In this document: positions 28,096 through 38,800 of the stretch, in pieces
How positions within the stretch are numbered: position 1 is the stretch's first letter
Layout: each line of letters begins with the position of its first letter
From: a virus
Taxonomy: Duplodnaviria > Caudoviricetes
Reading direction: 5' to 3' (one strand)
IMG/VR virus record: IMGVR_UViG_3300036773_000092
Location: 1 to 44,727 of that record
DNA length: 44,727 nucleotides
Notes under the pieces: generated by a model
The model's database searches: none
Told to the model about the DNA's origin: nothing
The model's input: only the letters and a program-made list of their open reading frames with translations
Position numbers and translations under genes: made by a program

Positions 28096-29943
28096 TCAGT
28101 CCGTCCCCGGAAAAGACGCCACAGGATTGGCAAGTGATAGCTTCATCAGCTCGCGTGCCCGTTGCTCCATGGGTATCCCCTCGAGGAACTTCTGGTAAGC
28201 CGCTGCAACTTGAGCTGGTGTATCGAGGCCCTGGGGTGCTCCTGATGGATTGCCCATGGCATTGGTAGTATCCGCAAGCTTGGTGATAGCATGGGCATTG
28301 CGGATCCCACGAACAGGTTCTGGCATCTTCGACAGCACCTCGATGCGATCTGCCATCTTGGTCATGTCGGTTGTCAGCGAGGTCAGCGTCTTCGCCAGGG
28401 TAGCATTCTTCCCCAGGAGGACGCGAATGGGTTGCGGGAGATCTTCGTTGGTCTCGTCAAGCTCCTCCGGAGTGATCGTTCCGCCAAGGAACTTGGCAAG
28501 CGGGCTGCCTGCACCAATCAAGTCAGCAACCGATGGTGTTGCTGCTGTTGGTGGTGTGGCCGTGAGGGCAGTATCCCACACCTTGGTGAAGATCTTGACG
28601 GCCTTGTCATCGAGCCCTGTCGGCACTGCCTGGGTCCAGTTGATGACCTTCAGGAGATCCTTGGGCATCGCTGCTGCATAGTAGGCGTAGTCAACAGCAT
28701 CTTCAGTCCCACCATCGCCGGAGAGGTCTGCGAGGAGTTCCTTCGTCTCCTCGGCGACGATGGCTCCCAGCAAGGTGCACAAGGACTTCAGGATGGTCAT
28801 TGCGGAGTCAGGAGTTGCAGAGTCATCCTTCTCCCTGGCCTTCTCGACGGCCAAGGAGGACTGCAGCCAACGCATGGACATGATGATATCGGCGACGCGG
28901 CCGACGTCGTACATCCCCTTGCGCAGTGCATCCTTCAGCTGTGTCTTAGCCTCGGGCGAATCGAATGACTTGTGGAGTTCAGTCAACACCGCCTTGCGTG
29001 GTCTATACAGTTGAGGGCCATCCACGCTAAGGCCGCCACCGTTATTAACCTGATTGTCCAGGCTACCCAAAGCTGCCGTGAGCTTAGCCAAGGCATTGTT
29101 AGCTGCCACCACAGGATCGTTACCGGGGGGCTCCGCCACACTCTCACCAGCAGACTTCGCTGGGGTGGTGCCTCCGGCGGCTCCTGGGATGCCTCCGGTG
29201 CCTCCGATGGTGGCATTGTGCTTGATGGCATCGGCCTTTTTGGCAAATGTGGTTCCATCTGCAGCCTTCCATACTTGCTCGAGTGAGCCTACTCCTGCGC
29301 TCCCTCCCGCGTCACCCTCGTTGCCGCCCCCTCCCGCGTCACCCTCGCTCGCGCTGCCTGGAGCTGGAGTCGATGCAGCGTCCTTCTCCATCACCTCGGA
29401 GAGGAGCGGGATCTCCTGGCTGGTATTGACGGTAGTCGTGAACGCTCTTTGCTCGGGAGCAATGCCTTCACCCTTCACGAATTCGAAGGTCGCACCCTTC
29501 ACGCAGGGGATGTCGACCAACGACACCTCCGTGGGGACTGCTGTGTAGCGGGTTTTTGTGGGATCCGTCGGATCTACCCAGCGCTTGGCATAGTTGCCGC
29601 CGACGCTGAACCCCGTATAGACCCCAGCCTCGACCTTTGCCCATTCGGCATCGTCGATGACTCGGGCAACGCCCGTGATGCTTTTTGCTACGTCATCGAA
29701 GCCCAGAGGCTCGACGAAGATGCCTGCACCGACGGCTTTGTGCATTGCACGCAGGTTGCCGTACGACTTCCCGCCGGAGCTCTTGTAGAGAGCATTGGAC
29801 CAGTCCTCGAAGTTGGGCTTGGAGGTCGTGTAGTCCAAGATCTCGCCACTGCGGTCGGCAGCTTCCTCGGTGAAAACCCCGTACACCAGGCGCTGAGCCG
29901 CATCGACTTTCCGGATGGGTACGTAAATGTATGGGCCCGGCAT
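28096..29943 (-). CDS. Prohead protease / scaffold fusion
   Basis: KVDAAQRLVYG, NLRAMH, YTGFSVGG, EVSLVD.P protease motifs, then a G/A/P linker and helical scaffold-like region. Confidence 0.85.
   Translation of the reverse strand: MPGPYIYVPIRKVDAAQRLVYGVFTEEAADRSGEILDYTTSKPNFEDWSNALYKSSGGKSYGNLRAMHKAVGAGIFVEPLGFDDVAKSITGVARVIDDAEWAKVEAGVYTGFSVGGNYAKRWVDPTDPTKTRYTAVPTEVSLVDIPCVKGATFEFVKGEGIAPEQRAFTTTVNTSQEIPLLSEVMEKDAASTPAPGSASEGDAGGGGNEGDAGGSAGVGSLEQVWKAADGTTFAKKADAIKHNATIGGTGGIPGAAGGTTPAKSAGESVAEPPGNDPVVAANNALAKLTAALGSLDNQVNNGGGLSVDGPQLYRPRKAVLTELHKSFDSPEAKTQLKDALRKGMYDVGRVADIIMSMRWLQSSLAVEKAREKDDSATPDSAMTILKSLCTLLGAIVAEETKELLADLSGDGGTEDAVDYAYYAAAMPKDLLKVINWTQAVPTGLDDKAVKIFTKVWDTALTATPPTAATPSVADLIGAGSPLAKFLGGTITPEELDETNEDLPQPIRVLLGKNATLAKTLTSLTTDMTKMADRIEVLSKMPEPVRGIRNAHAITKLADTTNAMGNPSGAPQGLDTPAQVAAAYQKFLEGIPMEQRARELMKLSLANPVASFPGTD
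29302..29347. repeat. 19-bp direct repeat (two copies, 27-bp period) in the protease linker
   Basis: ccctcccgcgtcaccctcg at 29302 and 29329, encoding EGDAGG twice. Confidence 0.8.
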
Positions 29944-30018
29944 ATCGGGTACCTTTCTTGACTGGTACGATCGTCCCCTTGGAGACCTACCTTGGTTGTT
30001 GGTTGTGTGAGGTGAGAG

Positions 30019-30567
30019 TTACAGGTATACGTCGCCGTAGACGAAGACGTCGGCAGTTGCTGCTGCGCCCTGAGCAGTGGTCAGGTTCAAGTACAGATTC
30101 GGGACGGCAGCTGCCTGCCAGACAGTATTGCCTGGAGTTGCTGCGATCGTCAAGTCGGCCAGCAGAGTAGGCCCTGTGAGGGCGCTGTAGACCTGGGTCG
30201 CGGCGACCAATGCAGTGCCGCCCTTCGCCGGGGCTGTATACACTCCGCCGGCGGCGGTCGTCAACGAGGCTGAGGCATTCCTCACGGTGACCCTGGTGAC
30301 TCGGAAGCCTGTGCTTGGCGGGATCAACAACGGGATGATGTTGTCGGTCGTCACATTCATGTTGGCGCCGATGAGCTTGCCCAGCCAGGTAGGGACGTAC
30401 TGGACGCAGCCCATGTTCAGCAGGCTGACGTAGTCGTTGGGCTGAACCGACGACAGCTGGATGAGGCCGTTGCTGTCGGACGTATATACGGTGCCTCCCT
30501 TGGTCTCAAACTGCTGGTTTGCGAGAGGTGCCAAGAGCTGGATGCGGCCTACGATTGGAAGAGCCAT
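30019..30567 (-). CDS. Hypothetical virion protein (possible head decoration)
   Basis: Beta-rich A/T/G protein between portal and protease; AGGA SD. Confidence 0.6.
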   Translation of the reverse strand: MALPIVGRIQLLAPLANQQFETKGGTVYTSDSNGLIQLSSVQPNDYVSLLNMGCVQYVPTWLGKLIGANMNVTTDNIIPLLIPPSTGFRVTRVTVRNASASLTTAAGGVYTAPAKGGTALVAATQVYSALTGPTLLADLTIAATPGNTVWQAAAVPNLYLNLTTAQGAAATADVFVYGDVYL

Positions 30568-30604
30568 TGCAGTGTCCTATCTGTGCTGTTATATAGGCGT
30601 GAAG

Positions 30605-32308
30605 TTATTCGGTGTTTTCAGGGTCTTCAGGATCTTCAGGGTCCTCAGGGTCCTCAGTGTTCTTTGCTAGCCCGGGAGCTCGCTGTGTGCCTCCGGAGTC
30701 TCCTGTTTTGGTTCCTCGTGTGGTGTTAGCCCCCGGAGAACCCTGACTAGCCAGCGCGGCCACTGCATTGGCTCCGGTGAGTGCCCCCAGAGGGACGTAG
30801 CCACTGGTGGTCTTGAGCATGGGTTGGGAAGCAGGTCCGCCCCAGGCTTGCCGTCCTCGATCTCCTCTGACCTCATCAATAGCCTCTATTCCTGCGGATG
30901 CGTAGCCGACGTCGATCTGCATCTGGGTTAAAGGATCCTGCTCCTTGTCTTCCAGGAAGACGAACTCATACTCCGGATGTTTGAGATCGAAGCGGATAAT
31001 TCGATCCATCATCTGCTTCCACCACCTCTGTAGTGGAAGTTTACCTTCCTCGAGAGCCCGACTCTTAGACGTAGCTGCAGTCGCACGGTTGACTTGCTGG
31101 ACGAAAGGCTCAGGGCTCACCGAGAAGTTGAAGCAGATGACCCGAGCTAACCATTCGTCATAGTCGTCCTTCAGAGGAGGCTCTTTTGTCTCCTGGTACT
31201 TGAACTCTCCCGGCATGAACCTCGTCTTGCGTCGGTTTGCTAGATTGCCAGAGAGGAGGGAGTCAAACCAGTCTTGGAAGTCCTTGATGTTCGACAGGTT
31301 CCACGAGGTCGGCAGCCCTACGAATGCATCAGGAGTCGAGCCGTTGAGGTAGTACTCCAGCTGGAACATCGATCGGCGAATAGCCGTATTCGTGGTGATG
31401 ATCACCTGCTCGACAGGAGATAGTCCATACACCCGGTTGGACTTGACGTTGCGAGGCATATACATCATCTCTTGGGCCGTGAAGTCGGCAGCGACCACAC
31501 CATGGAGGATTTGCTGGTATGCCGGATCTCCTGGATTCTGAGGCATACGACCGCCATCATCCAGTAGAGGGAAGATTGTCGAGCCGTCCAGATACTCCAG
31601 GCTGTACAATTCTCCTCCCCGTGTCTTGCGCTTCCAGATAGTAGCTGCATCAATGACGAACATGTCCTCGTTCAGAGCCCGTGTCCACTGATCCCAGGAA
31701 TGCTCCTTATCCGGATATGTGAAGAAGTCGGTGATGTCGCTGACAATCTTCGCAACGTCTTTGGGCATCCTCAAGGAAGAGATCTGTCGCTTGGTAACAG
31801 TGGGACTGCCATTGCCTGTTATGCCCCCGCTTACGCTGCTACTGCCGATTGGAGATGTCTGGCTACCCATAGCGCCAGACCCACTAGTTCCGCTATCAGC
31901 AGCAAGCTTAGCACCACCCCCATCACCAGAACCGTCACTTTTGCTGTCGGTGGCCAGCCTGGGTCGTATCGCCCAGTCCATTGCCGCAATCTGGTCGCAC
32001 CTTGCCTCAACGACTCCCCTAAGGATCTCACAGTTAAGAGCGATTGCCCGAAGATCTGCAAAGGACACCCCTACTTCACCCCGAGGGGTGTATGCCATGT
32101 TACGGCCGACACCGTAATCGAACCTACGCCCTTTGGCACTCTCCTGGAGGTTCGAAGCCACTACAGGCTGGATTGGCTGCAGAGGTCCGAACCAGGAGTT
32201 AGGCGTCACGCCGTTAAGGACGTAACGAAGAGCATTGCCGGCCCTGGTAAGGAAGCCAGGAACCATAGGGACGACATTGCCTGTAAAGCCAGGAGGGATA
32301 GTTGGCAT
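30605..32308 (-). CDS. Portal protein
   Basis: WFGPLQP, SFADLRA, LDGSTI.PL.D..GR.P, AYQQILHG, YGLSPVEQ, EWLARVICF.F.VSP, IDEVR. Confidence 0.92.
   Translation of the reverse strand: MPTIPPGFTGNVVPMVPGFLTRAGNALRYVLNGVTPNSWFGPLQPIQPVVASNLQESAKGRRFDYGVGRNMAYTPRGEVGVSFADLRAIALNCEILRGVVEARCDQIAAMDWAIRPRLATDSKSDGSGDGGGAKLAADSGTSGSGAMGSQTSPIGSSSVSGGITGNGSPTVTKRQISSLRMPKDVAKIVSDITDFFTYPDKEHSWDQWTRALNEDMFVIDAATIWKRKTRGGELYSLEYLDGSTIFPLLDDGGRMPQNPGDPAYQQILHGVVAADFTAQEMMYMPRNVKSNRVYGLSPVEQVIITTNTAIRRSMFQLEYYLNGSTPDAFVGLPTSWNLSNIKDFQDWFDSLLSGNLANRRKTRFMPGEFKYQETKEPPLKDDYDEWLARVICFNFSVSPEPFVQQVNRATAATSKSRALEEGKLPLQRWWKQMMDRIIRFDLKHPEYEFVFLEDKEQDPLTQMQIDVGYASAGIEAIDEVRGDRGRQAWGGPASQPMLKTTSGYVPLGALTGANAVAALASQGSPGANTTRGTKTGDSGGTQRAPGLAKNTEDPEDPEDPEDPENTE
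30617..30661. repeat. 9-bp tandem repeat encoding (EDP)n at the portal C-terminus
   Basis: Five imperfect copies of (t/c)tcagggtc. Confidence 0.85.
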
Positions 32309-32314
32309 AATACC

Positions 32315-34597
32315 TTACGGGAGGTTATTGATCGAGTCTGTCAGTGCGTCCAGTTCAAGGTGAACCCTCTCCACCTGATCCAGCAAATTCTGCTTGCTCG
32401 CCGATTGCGGAGCAGTCGTCGGTGTCGGCGAGGGTGTTGTTGTTGGTTGGGGTGTCGTCGGCTGCGGCGTGTCTGTTGGAGTCGGTGGAGCAGTCGTTAC
32501 TGGAGGAGCCGTCGTTACGGGAGGAGCAGTCGTGATTAGCGGCTCAGGTGTTCTGACCGGCGTTGGCGGCGGTGTTGTTACAGGAGGAGCCGTGGGTCGT
32601 TGAGCGGCCAGCTGCTTCTGCCCGGAATCGAGCTGCATGCCCCAATTTGTAAGCTTGGGGCTACCCGTATTGATAACGAGTGCCAGGGAGCTATTGGCGG
32701 CGGTGTCATCGAAGACCCACCCAGCAAAGCCCGACGTCTTGCCTGAGAGTGCCGCATTGATGACAGCAGAGACAACCTGATTGCCATTGGCATCGAATGA
32801 TCCAGCTGCTCCAGTGGTGGAGACTCCGAATTCCCCGTTGATGATGGGGATTTGCCCGTCGGCGCTCTGGATTGCATTGCAGGCTTTGATCCCTGTGTTG
32901 CCCTGGGCTGTGCCGTCCAGGAAGGCATTGACTGTATTCTGGTCGGTGCTGAACTTGCTGGCCCATCCATAGAAGTGCAGGTCCCAGATGACGTTGGTCA
33001 TCGACTTGTAAGAACCAGGATTAAGAGCACCAGGGCCAGTAAAGCCAGGATTACCGCCACCAACCCCAGCCTCCAAGAGGATGGGCTGCCCAGCACCGGC
33101 TGAACGGATTGCATTATAGATGGCGACCTGCTCCCCAGAGATGTCTCCGCCTTGAGGCTCATTTGGAGTGCCAAACCAAACAAGAGGGATGCCTTTGAAA
33201 GCAAAAGCATATTGCGTGTACCAAGCTACCAGTTGCTGCAGAGCCCCTCCAGAGGTAGCATTCTGCAAGGGCCAGAAGTGCTTCTCGATCTCGCAGACAA
33301 CTCCTCGAGCCGTGAGGTAGTTGATCAGCGAGGTCCAATTGCTTGGGGCACTGAAGTCGTGGATGGCGATTCGGACGAAGTTCGTGGCTGAGAGGGCTGC
33401 GAGGATGTCGGAGGGAGTTCCGACGCTGCGTGTGTTGAGGCCTCCGGCGGTCCACTGGAGTCCTGCTGGAGTCCAGATCTTGCCGTCCTTGACGGTGAAG
33501 TTCCCTGAGGAGCTTGGGCTCTGGGTAGGTCCTGGGGCCGTCGTGGTACCGGGAGCTGAGGTTGAAGCAGGAGGTGGAGCTGACGTGTTAACCCAGTTAC
33601 CATTGTCGTAAGCAAACCAGTTTCCCGATGCAGAGTCCTGACCTTTGACCACAGTGCCATCGATAGCCAAAGCTGAAGTGCCACCCCCACCAGTAACAGC
33701 GACATTATCGCGAGTAACAGCACCAGAAGAAGGTAGAGTCCAGACATGCCCGGCTGAGTCAATAAGCCCTCCTCCGCTGCCCGGAGTTAGTTGTGATGAC
33801 GGCTGTGTTGTTGACACGGGTGTGGTGCCTCCCGGCTGGGTTGTCGTAGGTGTGGGGGTCTGAGTTGTACCTGTACCGGTACCTGTATTCTGCTTCCGCT
33901 GGGCGAAGAGCCAATCCCAGACGTCTGCTCGAGGGAAGAACGAATCCCAGGTGTCGTGCTTCCCGTTCGGGTCGTTCGTGAACTTCATGATGCCGCCGAT
34001 CTTCTGCATGGCGGCGAACATGTTCTGGTCGAATTGCGGCGAAACCTGAGGATCTTGCGCCCCATGGCATGACCAGATCGGGAAATCCTTCAGCTGTAAG
34101 GCCATCATGACCTCGTTGCCGACCTCATAGTAGCACGATCCCGAAACGGGGACCGCGGCAGCAAAACGCCCTCGCTGGTTTGGATTGCACAGGATCCCCC
34201 AGATTCCAAGGCCTCCCATCGAATTGCCGACGACGTAGATGCATGAAACATCTACATTCTCCTGGCTTGCCACCAGGTCAGCGATCTCCAACGCAATGAC
34301 GATAGGCTGCTGGAGGTTGGGATCGACTCCTCCCCAGTTGAAGGTTGCCGTCGATGTCTGTCCGTTGATCTCGCAGAGCGGCTCAACCACGATGCACTTG
34401 TGCCTATCACGAAATGCTGCCGTATTGAACCATGCTGAAATCTGCTTGGGCTGCTCACCCTGATCCTGGTACTGGTGCAGGAACAGAATGAGGGGCACAG
34501 GATTGCTGGTGTCGGCCTTGTTATACCCGTCAGGGAGCAGCGTGAAGTACGGCATCCCCTTGTAACTGTTCTGTGACCAATCGCCTGGCTGTGCCAT
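32315..34597 (-). CDS. Modular enzyme: alpha/beta-hydrolase esterase + small Trp-containing domain + GH5 glycoside hydrolase + C-terminal coiled coil
   Basis: Esterase: GNSMGG, HGAQD, KHDTW. GH5: FVRI, EKH, NEP, LHFY, NGEFG, AGW. Domains joined by P/T linkers. Confidence 0.85.
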   Translation of the reverse strand: MAQPGDWSQNSYKGMPYFTLLPDGYNKADTSNPVPLILFLHQYQDQGEQPKQISAWFNTAAFRDRHKCIVVEPLCEINGQTSTATFNWGGVDPNLQQPIVIALEIADLVASQENVDVSCIYVVGNSMGGLGIWGILCNPNQRGRFAAAVPVSGSCYYEVGNEVMMALQLKDFPIWSCHGAQDPQVSPQFDQNMFAAMQKIGGIMKFTNDPNGKHDTWDSFFPRADVWDWLFAQRKQNTGTGTGTTQTPTPTTTQPGGTTPVSTTQPSSQLTPGSGGGLIDSAGHVWTLPSSGAVTRDNVAVTGGGGTSALAIDGTVVKGQDSASGNWFAYDNGNWVNTSAPPPASTSAPGTTTAPGPTQSPSSSGNFTVKDGKIWTPAGLQWTAGGLNTRSVGTPSDILAALSATNFVRIAIHDFSAPSNWTSLINYLTARGVVCEIEKHFWPLQNATSGGALQQLVAWYTQYAFAFKGIPLVWFGTPNEPQGGDISGEQVAIYNAIRSAGAGQPILLEAGVGGGNPGFTGPGALNPGSYKSMTNVIWDLHFYGWASKFSTDQNTVNAFLDGTAQGNTGIKACNAIQSADGQIPIINGEFGVSTTGAAGSFDANGNQVVSAVINAALSGKTSGFAGWVFDDTAANSSLALVINTGSPKLTNWGMQLDSGQKQLAAQRPTAPPVTTPPPTPVRTPEPLITTAPPVTTAPPVTTAPPTPTDTPQPTTPQPTTTPSPTPTTAPQSASKQNLLDQVERVHLELDALTDSINNLP

Positions 34598-34619
34598 GTT
34601 ACCCTTACCTTGATGCTAA

Positions 34620-35048
34620 TTACTTCGACAGGTCTACTGTCGGATCGATTGCCGGCAACACACGTGAGATTACGATCGGCGTCCAGATGTTCATCAGCTT
34701 GGTGATCTCGGTCACCTGCTGCGGAGTAAGAACAGCTTCCTTGTTGCCCAGGATCTTGGTAGCCAGGGCTGCTCTCTTGGCCTTCTCCAAGGAGTTGATG
34801 TTGGGTTCGTCCTTGTGGTCGATCAACAAGACTACTGCAATAGCAGCCCCTAATGTCAGTGGGCCACACTTCGTGCAGCGAGGATCATCAGGGGTTTGCT
34901 GCGTCGCGTCAGGGACAGGATCGCCTTTCTGATCCAGGACCACCTGAGTCATGTCGACAGTCCGAGGAGCCTCTGCGGCTCCGGCAGCAGGTGAGCTTGC
35001 CGGCGAAGCCAGCAGCAATGAGGCGGTGACGATGGCTTCGCGGATCAT
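34620..35048 (-). CDS. Signal-peptide-bearing protein resembling fibre-associated accessory proteins
   Basis: N-terminus MIREAIVTASLLLASPA...AGA-A; body LTLG...EKAKRA.LA.KI...LTPQQVTEI..L...PIVI.R...IDP, a pattern I recall next to phage fibre genes (not verified). Confidence 0.6.
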   Translation of the reverse strand: MIREAIVTASLLLASPASSPAAGAAEAPRTVDMTQVVLDQKGDPVPDATQQTPDDPRCTKCGPLTLGAAIAVVLLIDHKDEPNINSLEKAKRAALATKILGNKEAVLTPQQVTEITKLMNIWTPIVISRVLPAIDPTVDLSK

Positions 35049-35407
35049 GGCGTAGTTCCCTCCTGGGGAGGCTTGCAGTTATTCATGCCCATCACAGACA
35101 CGGTATCCCAGAACTTGCGGGAGGCTTCATCCAGTGGCACTCCCGCGGCCAAGGTAACCTTGCCAGTGTTGTCGATCGAGCAGCATCCTGAGATCGTCAG
35201 GGCAGTAAACTTGAACCCAGCTCCTGCCTGCGTCACGATCGAAACACCAGCACTTGCACCAGATCCAGGTCCTGAGCTAGGCCTAGATACAGGCCCAGAT
35301 TCAGACCCAACATATAGTTGTTGTTGTGGTGGCGGTGGCGGAGGTTGTGCGATAGCAGGGCTTGAAAGCAGAGCAGCAGCAGCCGCGAGGATGAATGTGC
35401 GGGTCAT
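35045..35407 (-). CDS. Secreted hypothetical protein
   Basis: Start reassigned to 35407 (ATGA overlap, GGAG SD); MTRTFILAAAAALLSSPAIA-Q signal peptide. Confidence 0.7.
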   Translation of the reverse strand: MTRTFILAAAAALLSSPAIAQPPPPPPQQQLYVGSESGPVSRPSSGPGSGASAGVSIVTQAGAGFKFTALTISGCCSIDNTGKVTLAAGVPLDEASRKFWDTVSVMGMNNCKPPQEGTTP

Positions 35408-35853
35408 GAGCACGTATCTCCAAAATTGCATCGGTTGATTGGCTGGCAAGCTCGCATGATAGGGTCGTTATCAATCACACGTTGTGTTGCTCCCCATGCC
35501 CACATACTCAAAGCACCGTCCTTGTTGCGCGGAGGTGGACAATTCAGGTCTGGTGTGACATTCTTCGAAACCGACGATCGAATCGCCATCAACTCCTGAG
35601 CCACACACTTCTGCAGGTGATCCCTAGAAGATAGAGCTAGCCATTCAATGTCTGTCCAGGACGAAACCACCCAACGACCTTGCATATCAAGCACAGCCAT
35701 CAGACCATGATCAGTAGGGTCAGGAATTGCTGGATCTACGGTATCTAATTCGACAGCTATGCAAGTCATCCGCTGCGGTTCTGCAGCCATGACAGGATTC
35801 GCACCTAGTAGAGCTGCTAAGACGATATATTTCATGCCCATGCTCATGCTCAT
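35404..35853 (-). CDS. Secreted Cys-containing hypothetical protein
   Basis: (MSMSMG)MKYIVLAALLGANPVMA-A signal peptide; ATGA-coupled to the fibre gene. Confidence 0.7.
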   Translation of the reverse strand: MSMSMGMKYIVLAALLGANPVMAAEPQRMTCIAVELDTVDPAIPDPTDHGLMAVLDMQGRWVVSSWTDIEWLALSSRDHLQKCVAQELMAIRSSVSKNVTPDLNCPPPRNKDGALSMWAWGATQRVIDNDPIMRACQPINRCNFGDTCS

Positions 35854-38800
35854 GGTCCAATCAATCCGTGTGTGGTTAAGGCTGCCTGAAGAGCCATTAC
35901 ACGCCCAGCAAGCTGTGCAAGTGTGACTGTAGAGGTCGCGAACACTGTCGATAGGTCGGGTGTCCCTGTCATTGCAGTCCAGCCCGTCTGCCGTGCGCCA
36001 ACAACCTGATTGGCTCCGACTTTGATCGTCGTGGCGGTCAGTGTAGTGAACGTTCCAGCAAGAGGAGTCGTGCCGCCAATGACGGCGTTATTGATTGTTC
36101 CTGCCGTTATGGTCGCGCTTAAATTGTTCATCGTCGTCAAGCCGGTAGAACGTGTAATAGTCACCGGGGTGAATATGGGTGTACCCGTATCATCAGAAGC
36201 GATTATTTGAAGATCAGATCCGACGTTGGCCCCTCCCTCAGCAGTGCCAGTTGCTGTAACCTGCCAACGCTTTACACCTGCTGTCTGCCATACAACATTT
36301 CTGTTTGCTACAGGACCATTCATTGAAAATTGTTGCTGCGTCGTATTAGTTCCAACAACAAGAGCACCCTGCGAATTGATAGTGCCTGTCGTCGTAACCG
36401 CTGCCGCATTTACCGTACCGGTGAATGTAGGACTCGCAAGTGGAGCGCGTGTGGTGTCTGTCGGATGCACATGGTCAGCCCTGGCAAATCGTGTGCTGAC
36501 TCCCACCGCGGCGGTTCCATCAATGACCGGCGTCGTAGAGGCAGCCTGAGCTAGGACAAACGCCGTAGTGGCTATCTGAGTCGTGCTAGTATCCACTGCG
36601 GCGGTGGTCGAGAGCGGCGTGCCTGTGAAAGTAGGGCTGGCTGTGACTGCGATATTGACGTTATTGAACTTCAGAGCCAACGCTTGGATATTGATGCTGC
36701 CCTGTCCAATAGTAGATGACCCTCCTGTTGTGATGATCCTGGCGTCGTAATCGACGACAGTACCGCTAGAATGAAAATCGATAAGGGCCGGGACTACTGC
36801 CGTCTGAGACCCGATTTCGACGTCGCCTCCGAGGAAATTCAGCGCACCGCTCTGGGAGAGGTCTGCCATCGTTACTAGCCCAGTGAAAGTAGGACTAGCT
36901 AATGGTGCTCGCGTGGTATCGGTTGGATGTACATGATCTGCACGTGCGTATCGTGTTGAAGTACCAACCGCAGCCGTTCCGTCGATTAGCGGAAGTGCTG
37001 ACGCAGCTTGATTTAACATGAAGGCTGTGCTGGCAAGTGCGGTAGTATTTGTATCTACAGCCTGTGTTGTGGTTGGGCCAGTAATTGTACCGGTAACTGC
37101 CAATGAACCGCCAACTGTCGTCGGCCCGCCTGCCGTCTGCAAGGCGAGAGTGTTGGCTCCCGTGTTCCATGAAATGTTGATCGTCGGCGCGGTGCCAGAA
37201 AAGCCGGAGCGCCCGGTCAACGTGACCGGATTTGCGGGCGTCGTTGTGCTTGGGTAGGACGGCTGGCGATATACCGCCAGACTGGTAGCCACGCCTCCGG
37301 GTGCGCTGACGACAAAATAGATGCCGCCATAAGGATCAGTCAGCACAGCATTGTTGGCAGGCACGCCCGTTCCGCCATCGACGATCATACCGCCGCCGTC
37401 TGCGGTGTTGCCGACCGCAGCTCTGGCATCGATGGTCATACCCAAGGCACCGGGCAGGATCAGTCCGGTGCCGATCTGCATAACACCCCCGCCGTCGACC
37501 GACCAATTCTGCGATCGAAAGGCTTTGCCGTTGAATGTTGGCTCGAGAAAGTCAATGCCATATTGGGCAACAGCGGCAACCGCAGAGTTGTTTTGCCCAA
37601 GCTTTGCACCGACCAAAGTGCTATCAGAAGCGAATGGCCATTGACTGCTATCCTCACCGAGCAGAAAGCCATTTTTCCACGATGCGGGTATCGCCTGATT
37701 TCCGGTTAGAACGATAGCCGCATCGAAGGTTGCCCCACGATTGGCATCAGTCGGGCCAAGACTGATTTGCAGACCATGTTTACGATTGACCGTTCCCTCC
37801 GCGTTCATGTCTATTTCTAGACCTTGGAACAAAGAATAGTTCGTGGCCGTCGGTGCGAGGCGCGCGTTCAACAGGGCCGCCCAAATCGACCCGAAGGATG
37901 TTGCCGGGGTTGTTCCTGTGCCTCCCTGATTGACGCTGCCGGTAATGTCGCCCCAGAGGCTGATGTTGAATGCGCCGATGTTACCCGCGGCAAGATTGCC
38001 ACTGAGCCCGAGGACATTCATGGTTGACCCAAGGCCAATGCGGCTGCCGGTGTATCCAGTCTGCGGCTTCATCGCGAACAACGCACCATGAGCCGTGGTT
38101 GAGCCTGACAGCTGCACCGTGTCGGAGTTTATTAGCCAACTATTGTAAACGGCTGACGTATCGATGGTATTCGTCCCGGCGTAGCTGACCTGGACATTTA
38201 TGGGTTGCTGGTCGGCTGTGATCGCTCCTGCCAACGTCACAGTGCCGAGGTTGTGGGTGCTGCCGTGAAGCCATGTTGTAAGCCCGGTCGCGCGGGAAAT
38301 CGTCAGCGGCGCATCGAGGATAGCGCCTGCGTCTGTCCGCCTTTGCAGAGCCAGATCAGCGCCGGCATTCAACCCGCTTTCGGCGGCGACGGTGAGTCCT
38401 AAATCCCAACGACCGAGGCCGGCAGTCTGCCACTGAATCTTGCGCGCCCCAGTGGCGGCCCCGTTCAGGTTCGCGAGGAAGTTTGCGACGGTGGCGCTGG
38501 CACCGATATTTAGTTGTCCAGAGAATGTTCCCGTCGTTGCTGTCAACGCTGCCATTGTCGTAGCACCGGTAACGCCTAACGAACCGCCAATGGTCGCATT
38601 ACCAGTCAACGCCATTGCAGCTCCGCCAATCGTACCGGTGAAAGTTGGACTAGCTAATGGTGCTCGCGTGGTATCGGTTGGATGTACATGATCTGCGCGG
38701 GCATAGCGGGGGCTGGTTCCAACAGCAGCCGTTCCGTCGATCAGTGGAAGGGCTGACGCTGCTTGACCGATTACATAACCCGTTGTCGCTAACTGCAATG

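Noticed and set aside
31831-33762. Hydrophobic alternate-frame ORFs (31831-32061, 32998-33210, 33325-33762; also 644-919) as membrane proteins
   Set aside because: T-ending Gly/Ser/Ala/Thr codons in the real gene yield Val/Leu-rich shifted frames automatically, and the starts are weak.
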